NCBI RefSeq assembly: GCF_000315625.1
Contig: NW_005434633.1
Span: forward strand, 561,921-611,318
Direction: 5' to 3'
DNA: 49,398 nucleotides
Source of the DNA: Guillardia theta CCMP2712
Lineage: Eukaryota; Protista; Cryptophyta
The notes under the pieces are model-generated. The model was given only the letters and a program-made list of their open reading frames with translations. It ran no database searches and was not told the DNA's origin. Positions 12,498 through 23,990 of this stretch are shown here, in pieces. Position 1 is the first letter of the stretch; each line of letters opens with the position of its first letter. The translations under genes were made by a program, and so were the position numbers.

Positions 12498-13224
12498 GGA
12501 AGGGAGGAAATGGGGAAGGTGGCAGAACTTGGTTTAGCTACATTTGGACCGGTAGGTGGAAAGGCTGTGTAATTCATGAGTGCATTAAAATGAAAAACTT
12601 CGGTTCAGACCATAAGTAATTGAAGCAAGGTGCAGAGGTGTGCCATCTAAATCGGGTCATTACCTCTTGAGGGGGGTGGGGGTAGGATCTTTGCTGGGAA
12701 ACTCGTTTGTCGCAATGATAATTGAGTAATCATGATTACTCAACTCATCCACGAACGAGGCTCATAACCGTTGTGGTAAGAAAATTGGCCGCAGCCCGGC
12801 CAGCCCTTTACTCAAAGTTAAGTTAAAATCAGTACGAGGACAATCAGGAGAGTCGAGGAGGCTTGACCGTGGGCCTGACACTGTCGCACAGGCCAAACGG
12901 CGAGAAGAGAAAAGACAGCGAGAACCAAACCCAATACTGCCGACTACTCCTTTACTGCTGTCGGCCAGCACTCACCGTCGCCTTTGCGGCAGCCTTCGGG
13001 CCGGGCCGCGTCATTCCCGGCCCGGAGGTTTCGGCCGCAGTGAATTCGAAACTGAGCCCTCGCGGCATAGTTTGACTGAGGCGGGCCAGGCGTGTACTCA
13101 GTAGAGGCAACAAGGGGGGTACTTTGTAAAGGATACGGTGGGGTGGAGGGGTGGGGTTGTTTGTAGCGTTTGTCAGGAACTTTTTTAAAAGTGTTCATGT
13201 CCATGAGAAATGAAGATGGGAGGG

Positions 13225-13311
13225 TGAGATGTCTGAAGAAGCTATGATGATGAGATGTCTGAAGAAGCTATGATGATGAGATGTCTGAAGAAGCTATGAT
13301 GATGAGATGTC
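13225..13311. repeat. 26-bp tandem repeat, ~3.3 copies (GAGATGTCTGAAGAAGCTATGATGAT)
   Basis: Unit starts at 13226, 13252, 13278 and 13304. Confidence 0.9.
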
Positions 13312-13634
13312 ATGGAAAAGAGATGAGGACATCGCATTACATCATGGTTGTAAAGAATCGCAATTGTAATCTACAGCTAAGAAGGATGAGATATGAATCT
13401 GCAATGTTTTCAAAAGCATAGCGACAGTTGAGGCAGATAGTTACAATGAAGGCAAGGATTCTACAAACTATCAAAGGTCGAGGTAGTGATGCATTGTAGA
13501 GCCAAATGATGGTGAAGTAATGAGGTACGCAAGTAGATTACGTCGTTAACTCATTGCGCACTGTTTGTGAGCTAATCTTGTTGAACGAAAAGTCTACGAG
13601 CTTGCTGATATTGTTCAGGCTGAGCTCGCCTGTG

Positions 13635-16441
13635 ATGCAAGACGTCAACCACTGCCGTGAAAAAGAAAACTTGGGTAACGTGCAGCCGTCATCGGCGAGG
13701 TAAGAACCGAAGAGATCGGATTCCGTGCTGACCTCCTTTGAAAGGAAAGCTGCACATGTCAGTTTCTCCACTCCCTCGAAAGCTGCTCCCTCCTTTCAAA
13801 TCCAGAGATCCTTCTCCGAGCGCAAGCCAGGGCAGCTAGCAAGAGCAGACGCTCGCACCCCCCTCAAGGGCTTCCAGTCGCAGCTGCCCGAGGCTTCTGT
13901 GACTCAGTCAGCATCCAAAGTCAGCCAGAGAGGAGGAAGGAGTGAAGCCTGCCATGTGCGCTCCATAGGAGGTCTGGGGGGGTGGGGGGTGACGAGGTGG
14001 TGGCAGGAGGAGGAGGAGTTTTCCCGTGATGTCGGGTCGCTTGCTGAGATCCTGGAAGGGGAGGGTATCGCAGAGCACAGGTTGTACCCGATGATTCCTG
14101 AGAAATCAAGCTCTGTCATATCCTGCTGCCAGCGCTTCCGCTGCCGCTGCCGCTTCTTCCTTCCTCTCTTGTTTCCCTTCTCTCTTTTGTTCATCATGCT
14201 CGTCATCTCTTCTACATGTTCTCTCCTTCATGTCCTCTTCCTCCTCCTTTTCCCCTTCCCCCGCCTCTCCTTCCTTCCTTCGTCTTCGTCTCATACATTG
14301 TCGTAGGATCCCGACCGTGGGCAAACAGAGCATGTACTTGTCTGTCCAGGAGCTGCGGGAGCTCCGTGAGAAACGCTCCTCTATCTTCAAGGTAGGGCTG
14401 CGACCATCTGCCAAGTTTCGGCTCAACGGTTGACAGGGACCGTTGAGGGTTGTCAAGACTTCCAAGAGCGCGACCGCAAGCTTCCGACAGAGCATGGCGG
14501 CGAGAGAGAGTTTCCTTGTGCCCAGGTACTGCCAAACTCTTTCTACCTCCTCTTGCTCCTCCTCCTCTTGCTCCCCTCTGGTCCCTCGTTTTCCTCTTTC
14601 TTCTCCTCGTTGTGCCGCTTTCTTATCTTCCACTCCCTCCCCGCTTGTTTATGCCCCAAATTCTCCCTGGTGATGGCACTGCCTGCTCTTGGATTCTTCT
14701 TTGTCCTCCTACCCCATCCACCTCCTCCTCCACCACCACAACCACCACACCACCACCACTCATCCCCTGGAAAGGAACGCAGCAACTCCCAAGCGCCTCT
14801 CCTCCATGACCCCAGGGTCCGCCGACAAGCAAGCTCCTTTGTCAGCTGGAGCTGGAGCTGGAGTCAGATCTGTGGACCGCAGGACTCCGGCTGGGAAGGA
14901 GGAGGGGAGGAGCTTGTGCCATGCTCAGAGGTCCCTGAACTTTGCGCGCGCGGAGATGACTCCATCGAACTCGAGAGCTCGGAGCGTCGCAGGAGTGATC
15001 GGCTCTCTGCTCAAGGTCAGGGAGGAGAGAGGAGGGAGGAGGAGGGTTCTGAGAGGGATGCCAGGACAAAAGTGCGACTCCGTCCAGGAAGGTTGCATTG
15101 GATCTCAGCAAATGTGACTTCTCATTCTTCTACCTTCTCCTCCCTTCTTCTTTTACCTTCCTCCTACCCCCTTCCTCTCCTTCTCATTTTTGGATTGACA
15201 GGCGATGAGGAGACCGAACTTTCTTCTCCTGTCCCTCAGCTGCAGCTGGGAGAGAGCAAGGAGAAGGAGTCCTACCTGCCTGATGGTGGTGGTTTGCTGC
15301 TGCAAGAAGATCGCTCTGCGATGGAGACGGAGGGAGGTGGGAAGGAGGAAAGACAAGTCAAGGAGGAGATGGAGATGAAGCAACCAGACGAAAACGCAAA
15401 AGAGCAGAACGTGGATGTGCTCGGCACAGTACAAGTTGAGGCTCCAGGGACGGAGAGTTTCCATCTCTCAGCTCAGTCAGCTGCTGTGTTAGCTCTTTCC
15501 TCCTCCTCCTCCTCCTCCTCCTCCTTCTCCTCGTGCTCAGTCGCAGGTGACCAGCACAGCCTCTCTTGCAAAGAGCAGGCGGCAAGCAAGCAGCTGGTGT
15601 CGGAGGAGAGGCGAGGATCCAGGCCAAGAAGCAGGAAGAGCATCCTGCTCCAGGTCTTCTCCTCCCTCCTCCCTCCTCCCTCCTCCCTCCTCCCTCCTCC
15701 CTCCTCCCTCCTCCCTCCTCACTTTTCTCACCTCTTGACTTGCTCGCAGGAGTCTCGGCGCCGCTGCGGAGTGAAGTCACCCAAGAAGAGAGCGACGAGC
15801 CTGCAGCAGGTGGAGGATCCGAAGGGCAGCAGCGAGTTGACGCAAGTGGAGGAGGAGGACGAAGACTTCATCGATGGAGAGGTGGTGAGGAAGCAACGAA
15901 CATGCACGCCCCCCCTCTCCTCCTTCCTTCCTTCCATCCCTCCATCCATCCCTCCTCTCCTTCCCTTCCTCCTCCTCCTCCCACCTCTCGCTCTCTCCTA
16001 CTTCCTTCTCCTCCTCTCTCCTCTTCCTTTCCACTCAACAACTTCAGTCTCCTCCCTTCCCCTGTCCTAACAGTCTTCAAGTGCATTCGCCCCATGCACA
16101 GGACCTCCAGGAAGCCATTCCTCTCCTCGACCCCAGCTGAAGATCAGCAGCTGGTCAGAACGGTACCGTCTCCAATGCGGCTGAAGCATCTGCAGGGATC
16201 CCCCGAGATCGAGCTGGGAAAGGTCATCAATCAGGTGGGGCCAGAGCTGGGCAGCCCGGAGGTTCATGAGCGAGCTGAGAATCCGGTCTGCGGCCTCCCC
16301 CCCTCGGTGGCAGCTGGGGTGCGTGTGGAGCCCAGAAGGATCGCGAGCACGATCGTGCGTATGAGCGACCAAGTGCTGGCGCCCTCGTGCAAGCGTGCGA
16401 AGCCTCTGGTGGGGAAGAGGAGGGCGGGGTATGGGAGCTGA
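13635..16441 (+). CDS. Hypothetical low-complexity multi-exon protein with KEN box near the N-terminus
   Basis: Exon-like segments MQDVNHCREKENLGN.., TSFERKAAHVSFSTPSK.., IPTVGKQSMYLSV.. and final ..VGKRRAGYGS*, separated by pyrimidine-rich GT-AG introns; no family recognised and start uncertain. Confidence 0.5.
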
Positions 16442-16559
16442 CCTTGACGTACAAGGAATGAAGAGCCCTGGCATGAGGAGGAGGAGGAGGAGGAGGGGAG
16501 TATCATGAGGAGGAGGAAGAGGAGGAGCAAGCGACTGGTCAGCTTTACATGACATTTAG

Positions 16560-17597
16560 ATTTAACGCAAATTGAAACGGCATTCATGAAATGGTACAAA
16601 GAGGAGCTGAGAAAACTGTCCTCCTTCTGGGAGGGCAGGGGTGCAGACTCCTGCTGGGGGGAGAAGGGTGTGGGCTGGAGGAGGAGGACGAGGAAGAGGA
16701 GGAAGAGGAAGGCTGTTCGCTGCTGGAGGAGGAGTCGACCTTCCTGCTGGAGGCGGAGAGGTTGAGGTGGAAGGGAAGGCGATGCGCCCGGCATCTCTCA
16801 GGTCCTGCTGTCCAGCCCCACGTGGCTCTAGAGCTGCAGAGCTGGCAGCAGCGGTTTCTAACGTCGATGAGACCTGCGTTGCGATGAGAAGGTGAAGAGG
16901 AGCGAGGGAGGCAGAGGAGGCAGGCGACTGGGACATGGAGGGCAAGGGTAGAGACGCTGAGAGACGGGGGGGCAAGGGAGGGAGAGGAAGGGAGGGAAGG
17001 AGGATGAGGAGACAGTTGCAGCTCAACACCTGCTGGGGAGTGTGCTCTGCAGAACTTGGCGACTCTGCTCTTCTCATCGCCATAGGAAGGAGTTTTCGTG
17101 CATCCCACGTGCTGGCACCTCCTGCGCATGACGTTGACATGCTCGAGCTGCTTGTGCAGGCAGCAGAACAGAGCTCGCTTCGTCCCGCTCACCCCAAAGT
17201 TTGCCTGCCTCAAGATCAGGAGTGGCAAAACGCGGTGGATGGGGAAGAAAACATGAAGGAGAAAAACAACTTCGAAAATGAGAGAATTGAAAGGTTTGAG
17301 CAGGAGGAAAGACAAAGCGGAGGAGGCGGAGACAGAGGCGTAGGAGGAGCAATAGGATGAGGAAGAGTAAAGGAGATTAAATTTCTCACCCTCTTGCCAC
17401 ATCCCTGGAATCGACACTTCTGGTAGGACCCGAGCACTTTGGCCTGCTGCTTGTCCTGCCCCGTCCTGTGCTTCCCACACATATACTTGTCGCCAAGAAT
17501 GAAGGCAGCCTGCGAAACACATTAAGCAAGAATACCAAAGGATAGACAACGGGGAGGGAGAAATTGCAGGAGGAGGATGAGAATGATGATGAGGATG

Positions 17598-17629
<32 letters not shown>

Positions 17630-18613
17630 GATGAGGAGGAGGAGAGAACGAGGTTCTCAAAGGAAGGCAGAAGAGAAAAGGGAGGGAGGGAGTCAGAGGG
17701 AGGAAGCCCAACCCTGCGTGAACATCCTTCGATGTGTTGACACCTGTTGCAAGGAAATCAGATGGAGAAGTGCGGAGAGCTGAAAGGATGAGGAGAAAAA
17801 TGATGCTGCTGCTGCTGCTGCTGCTGCTGCTGATAATGATGGTGGTGGTGGTGGTGGTGGTGATGATGATGATGATGAAAAAGATGGTGATGATGGTTAT
17901 GATCATGATGGTGAAAGATCTGTTCGAGAAGGCGATGCTCAGTCATTCTGGTGGTAATGAATGAAACAGATAAAAGAAACAAACCGTCGGTTCTTCATGC
18001 AAAGATGCCCGTCGAGGCGATGGGAGCTACAGAACTTCATCTCCTTGTGCTCAGGGTTCCAGTAGGAGGGTTGCCTATGGCATCCTTCCAGGAAGGAGCA
18101 GCGCAGGTTGGACGATATCTCCGCCTCTGACCGCCGGTGCTTCATGCAATGCCGCTGCATCCTCCCGTTCTTGCCGAAGACCGCGAACCGCGAGCAGTCG
18201 CTGCACCTTCCTCTCAGCGGCAGCATGTCTCGAATGTTGTGCCTCCCTGAGCAACCTCGGCAAACCCGAATCGTCCAGCTGCTGTCCTTGGCTGCCCCTG
18301 GCTTCCCCTGCGACGCCTCTTCACTGGTGCAGATGTCACAGAGGACTTTCTTGTCCTCCACATCATTCTTGGAGGTGCTGACTCTGATCACCGACGGGAA
18401 CTTGAAAGGCCTCGGTAAGTTTTTCAGCTCCAGGTTTCCTCGGAATCTTTGCAGAGTGTTGCTTTCAAAGCTCTTTCCTCCACGCAAGGGCATGAAGAGC
18501 TTGCCGTCCTCGACGAGCAATCTGCTCCGTCTGTCCAGAGCAAGATTGCACAGCACCTCAAACGAAGTCTGATAGCAGATCAGAAGACAGAGCAGGACAA
18601 TGACTTGATCCAT
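16560..18613 (-). CDS. EsV-1-7 cysteine-rich repeat protein
   Basis: About 6 repeats of C-x2/4-C..(F/Y/W)G..C-xx-H, e.g. RCSDCSRFAVFGKNGRMQRHCMKHR, CRFQGCGKR|ANFGVSGTKRALFCCLHK, RCQHVGCTKTPSYGDEKSRVAKFCRAH and CQLCSSRATWGWTAGPERCRAHR; both ends approximate. Confidence 0.8.
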
Positions 18614-20158
18614 CCTGGCTCATGGCTCTTCAAACACTCTTGTTCCGACCATGGCAGCTATACTGAAGCTGCACAACTACGATCCATAGCGTGGTTGCGT
18701 CCTCAATGTAGGTGAAAGCAAGCGAGGTTCGTGGAAGCTCACACCAGCATGAGCATCAGGTGAGGCAAGCTCGTGATTGACTGCTACGATTCCTATCGCT
18801 CCGATGGCGTCAAGCCACCACTGTCATGCTTGTGTTGCATCTAAGCCAAAGATCGCGTCCTTCCGTTGACGTCCATGTCCTCTCCCTGATCCGTTCCCAT
18901 CTGATCATCTCCTCCCTCCTCCCTCACCAGCATCGCGTCCTCTCCTACTCTCCTCTTCCGTTTCCTCCAATCTCTTTCCTTCCGGCCATGGCGGCCGCCT
19001 TGTAAAACATGCTGAAAATAAAAATACATTTTGAGTACACCCACCCCTGCTATACCACCCTACCTCCCCTTCACGCTAATACTACCCCTCACTCCGAGTC
19101 CCTCTATTCGATGAAACCGGCACAATCCAAACACTACACACGGAATCGAATGGAGCCCCTGACTCTCTCACCACCCCCCACAAACGTCTGCCCCACCCCC
19201 ACAAAGTGCTTTTTACTAGAACTTGAGAGTCCTCCAGGCAGGCGGGCTCGCCACCGACCGCCGGGTTGAGCACCACGGGCGCGGCCGCGCGCCGCCGCGG
19301 CCCGCCCGGCCGGGGCCTCCGAGGCTCAGTTACAGTGCATCATGGCATGCCACAGCCTAGGCTAGCTCCATGATCGGACGAGTCATGAAAACTTCCGCCA
19401 GATCTAGAGTCATCTGAATGTGTCACATTTGAAGGCTTGGGCCGATAGAACTTCGTACTGCCGGGGTCGGAATGGCTGGCATGCGATCCATCAGTCACGA
19501 GCCGCATTGAGCAGTGGCAGGCGGCCGCGCCGGGCGCCGCGGCCCGGCCCCGGCCGGGCCACTCACCGCGGCCGCAGCGCCCGCAGTTCGGCTGTTCAAT
19601 TCAATGACCGGCGTGACCAGCAGTATTTTTCGCGGCCCGGGAGCGGTTACTCCGATTGAGAGTCTGCCAACGGCAGCGGAGAGTCTGTTCAGTCTTTACT
19701 CATCCTCTTAGGCCGCCACCGGCTCACCGGCGGCGGGGGCCGCCAGGCCCGAGGCGGCGGGCGGGCCCGGCCGGACGTTGGTTCCGAGGCTGTGTGCTTC
19801 CCGGGTTGACTTGCTGTTCGAACCCTCAATGAGGGACGGAATGTCCAAGAGCGCGAAGGAGGCGACTGGGGGAATGATGGCAGAGACGACCGAAGGATGT
19901 TGTAGAACATGAAACAACACCTCATGCTGGATACGTCCTGTTAGAAGACCTTGTGGAGCCTCCCTCCCTCAGACAAGCTTCTCCAGTTGAAGGAGTAGGT
20001 GCAGTTTGTGGACGTTTGATCGTTGGGAGACAGTCGCAGTCATGAACATTGGTTGGGCGTTGTTTCCCTCTGACAGCGACAGGAGGAAGCATAGATTGCA
20101 CAAGGAAGGGGAAGGGGCAGAGGGCCAAGTCGCGGCCCATCCTCAATCCAACCCTGCG

Positions 20159-22905
20159 ATGGATTCTTCAGTCATGGCCGAAGAGCTGAGGAGCTGGCAG
20201 AGCCTCGTCTCCCTGTGGGACAGGTGTCTCTTGTCTTTCTCTGCTCGATCTCTGCTATTCTATCTTCACCGTGCTCCCTCCCTTCTCCTCTGTTGTTTCC
20301 CGTCCTGCTCCCTCCCTGTCGCCTGTTCACTGCATGGCTTCAATGCTGATCTTGCTCCCTTCTCGAAGCTCCATCTTCCTCTCTGCTCTTGTTTCTTACC
20401 TTGCTTCCACCGTGTCCAGGATGGAGGATCGGCGGTTGTTGATGCACGAGGCTCCGAGCACGTTCGAGATCTCAATGCCGACGAGGGAGGGATGGGTCTT
20501 GCGCAGACGAAAGACTGGGATTTTCAGGTGAAGAGACTTCAAAGATTTCTCTCGATGAGGGGGATGAAATTTGGGGAGCTGGAGAGTTGTACGAAGAGGA
20601 GGGAGAGGAAGAGGAAGAGGAAGAGGAAGAGGAAGAGGAAGAGGAAGAGGAAGAGGACGGGGAGGAGGAGGAGGAGGAGGTGGTGGTGGTGGAGATGATG
20701 ATGAGTTTTCCATCATGGTTGAGTCGGTTGCTCAGGGAGTGGAGGAGGTACTGGGCAATCCTAAAGAGGGCGCATCTGTTCCTCTTTGAACGACCAGACA
20801 GCTCTCGTCCGTCCAACTGGGTAAGCTTTGTTGGAAGCAGCGTCGTGACATGCGCTGACCCTGCTGCTGCCTGCAGTATCTCCTCCGAAAGGCCACGGTC
20901 CGCGTCAAGCTTGCCGTTAGCAACTCACACAACAACGACCTCGGCATCTTCGCGCTCAAGATTACGCTTCCGCACCGGAGAAAGCTTGTCCTCGGGCTCA
21001 AGTCGGCGCAGGTCTTGATCGTTCTTGTCTCCTGTTCACCAACCTCCTTGATAGGACATGGAGGACTGGCGGGTTGACATAGCGGCGGCGATCGGGAGGG
21101 GCACGACGGATGCTCAGGCCTGTCACCCACTACGATGTGCTCCGACACTGGTGAAGCAGCGGGCGATGTACGGCATCCCAGATGTGTTCCGTGGCATCGT
21201 CTGGCAGAAGCTGTCCGGAGCAGACGCGATGAGACAGAGCCATCCGTCTCGGTGCGTAGGGTGAGGGTGGGGGGGGAGAAGGAGGGGTAGGTGGCATTGA
21301 ATAAGGGAAGCCGAGGAGGAGGGGGGAGAGGAGGAAGTGTCGAGTGGGCCGGGAGGGCTGGAAGGGCCTGAAGGAGAGAAATGCTGACGTGGGAGTTGTC
21401 AGGTATGCGCAATACTGCAGGATGAGCGCAAGTGCAGATGGGAGAATAAAGCGCGACTTAGCAAGAACCATGCCTAGGAATGAGTTTTTCAGGTGTTACT
21501 CTGAACTCATTTACCTGTGGCACCTTTCCTTTCCTTCCGTTTCCTTGCATTGCCTTGTCATGCTTAATCTTTCCTTGTATCTTCTTTGCCTTCTCTGAAT
21601 TGTACATCGCTTCCCTGAATCTCAAGATGCTTTTCAGCGAGCGAGGCCGAGGAGGTCAGGTGCTTCTCTTCAACGTCGCACACGCGTATGCAGCATATGA
21701 TGACGAGGTCGGTGGCGTTTTGGAGGAGGAATGCGGTGACGAGGAGAGCAGGTGGGATACAGTCAAGGAATGAACTTCTTGTGTGCCATCCTACTGCTCC
21801 ACATGCGTCAGGAGCATGCATTCTGGGTTCTGGTGCAGATGATGCGGCGGTGAGAAGAGCCTTGGTAGGGCTTCCGATGTGACCTGGTCGTCTCCAGGTA
21901 CAGGCTTCGTGATTTGTACCTCTCTAGGAGCCCCCAGGTAGGTCTGTCAGCTAGTAACGATCATGAATCACCTCGCCTGCCAGCTGGCTGTGGAGCTCTT
22001 CAAGCTCGATCGCCTCATTCTGTCTTGCACGCCTTCGCTGCATCAGCACTTTGCGGTCTGTGTGCGGGCCAGAGACTAGCTGGGGATTGAAAGCTGAGCA
22101 GGAGCAAGGCTTTGACGTTACAACCTTCACGTCGGAGTGGCTCCTCACGCTGTTCGCCTACTCGTTCCCCCTCAACTTCACCTACCGGGTGTGGGATGTC
22201 TTCTTCATCAAGGGTTTCACCTACATCCTTCAGGTGTGCTGCTATCCGCAGTCGTCTTGCCATCTGACGTGAAGTCACTCAGGTCGCCATCGCCATCATC
22301 CGTCAGTTCGAAGGCGACCTGCTGGCCCTTTCGTTCGAAGAGATTGTCTTCCTCTTGCGCGACATCCCCTCAAGGCTTCACCGTGAGCCCAAACTAGCCG
22401 ACGCGGTGAGTCTTCTCTTCCTTCTCCTCCTTCCTTGATGCTTGAGTAGATTCTCTCGAGCTCCCACCGAGTCATCTGGGACTTTGATGCGCTCGAACGC
22501 GCTGCTGCTGCGTACGATGAAAAGTGTCGTGCGAGGGATGAGCGCGAGCGCTCGATACTTGAAGCTGCAAGTCTGCACCATCGCTGGGCGGATGCGACTG
22601 GCGGAGAGCAGGGAGATGAAGATGTGGCCGCGGGGCCGCCAATACAAGAGTGCTCGTCGCGAGAGGATGAGAGGGTGGAGCAAGAGATGGTCTTGGATAT
22701 GACTCAGGAGGTAGAGGTCGCAGCCATGGATTGCGGGAAGGATGGCATGGCAGCTGCAGGCGGGGGAGGGAGGAGGGCGGCAACCAGCGGCAGAGATCAG
22801 AGGGCAGGGCAAGGCGGAGGGCTGGAGGATCTTTCCACACTCAAGATCAACTTACTTGACGAGCGCAATGTATTGTGCGAGGGGCGGGAAGAGTCAGAAC
22901 CTTAA
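20159..22905 (+). CDS. PH-domain + TBC (Rab-GAP) protein
   Basis: PH: REGWVLRRRKTGIFR|EWRRYWAILKRAHLFLF...DMEDWRVDI. TBC: GIPDVFRGIVWQKL, IKRDLARTMP (Arg finger), GYSQGMNFL (Gln finger), EWLLTLFAYSFP..RVWDVFF. Start approximate. Confidence 0.9.
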
Positions 22906-22959
22906 CGAGCATTCTCAAATTTAGTGAGGATAAGTGAGACAGGGTAACGAAGAGGGAGA

Positions 22960-23130
22960 CCGATACAGCAGGTTGCCAACACTTCCATCATACTGAAGAA
23001 ACATACTTAGAAAGCAGTTTGAACTATACCAAACACTTGCTCGCAGCTTCCATGGCGCCCTGGCGGCTTCCCCTACACTGGCGCGCAGCCATGATGCCTG
23101 GAATAACCGGTGCTCTAAACCCTAAACCCT
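22960..23130 (-). mobile_element. 5'-terminal fragment of telomere-repeat-headed element (copy A)
   Basis: Reverse complement aligns with 48001-48156 at roughly 85% identity by eye; carries CTAAACCCTAAACCCT at 23115-23130. Confidence 0.8.
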
Positions 23131-23329
23131 GCAATGTTGGCCCAGGCTCGAGTCAGGCCCGAGTTGTGGACAAGAGGAGGGTGAGAAAAGTCAGTGCGTC
23201 CAGCAAAGGGGTACTTCCAAGTTGCCGTCCAGGTACGTCTGCTAGCGCGGATCCCAACGGCACCGTGTTCTGTCCTGTCGGCCACGACTGCCCTACGGCA
23301 TCACCACTTCCAACACTGAGTTTCACTTA

Positions 23330-23467
23330 CCTCATATACTTGTCTTGAATTGCTCCTATCTTCCATGCTGCCCTTACACTGATCGCACCAACGGACGGAC
23401 CAGCGGCGGTTCCGGCGGCACAGTATGTCGTGCTTCCTTCAGGAATACTGTGTGATCCTGTTTCATC
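23330..23467 (-). pseudogene. Relic of Crypton-type tyrosine recombinase catalytic C-terminus
   Basis: Translates DETGSHSIPEGSTTYCAAGTAAGPSVGAISVRAAWKIGAIQDKYMR*, resembling the recalled GTHSxRKG-AATY..GPS..I..RAGW..G.VQD.Y.RY motif of stramenopile Crypton YRs; the HxxR Arg is replaced by Pro. Confidence 0.65.
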
Positions 23468-23990
23468 ATTTCACACTGAGTCTCCTAGTCGCGGGGTTGC
23501 TTGTAGGTGTTGGGGAGCGGGTCACCCGTGCTAGATGACGCTGCTGCCCAAGGCATACGCCAAGGAGCGCAAGAGGCCTGACTGTGGGCGGCAAAGGATG
23601 CCGCGGAGTTTAGTCTGCTCTGGATGGTGCTGCATCGCGGCCACACCCCCGCCCGCAACGTGGTCGACGATTAAGGGAACGTGTCACACCCCGAGGCTTC
23701 AGAGGATGAACCTGAGCATAGCTCAACAAGAGCTTGCGTCGGAGTCTCTCTACAAAGAGGAAAGCAGAGAGTGACAGGAGGAGATCTATTTCTCTTTATT
23801 CTCATACAACAAACACAACAAGCCAACACACGCCAGCAACGTGGTCGATGTTTATGGCAACTATGTGACATGTCAGATCAGCATGCGATTGCGCACAATG
23901 AGGTAGGGAGGAGAGTGGCTGCTTGCTCGGATGCCAGGCTGACTGCAAGAAGTCAAGGAGGTCGATGAGGTTGGTTTGCGGGCAGGACGG

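Noticed and set aside
18569-18604. Signal peptide on the EsV-1-7 protein (VIVLLCLLICYQ)
   Set aside because: This stretch is a 36-nt GT..CTGAT..CAG segment that could equally be an in-frame intron
22990-23045. Hammerhead ribozyme (CTGAAGA..GAAA..TC) in copy A, on the element's antisense strand
   Set aside because: A stem III can be drawn, but stem I and stem II do not pair in either copy
23115-23130. Telomerase RNA template (CTAAACCCT)
   Set aside because: It contains more than two repeats, and the homologous copy has eight repeats fused to an ORF, which fits a repeat element better
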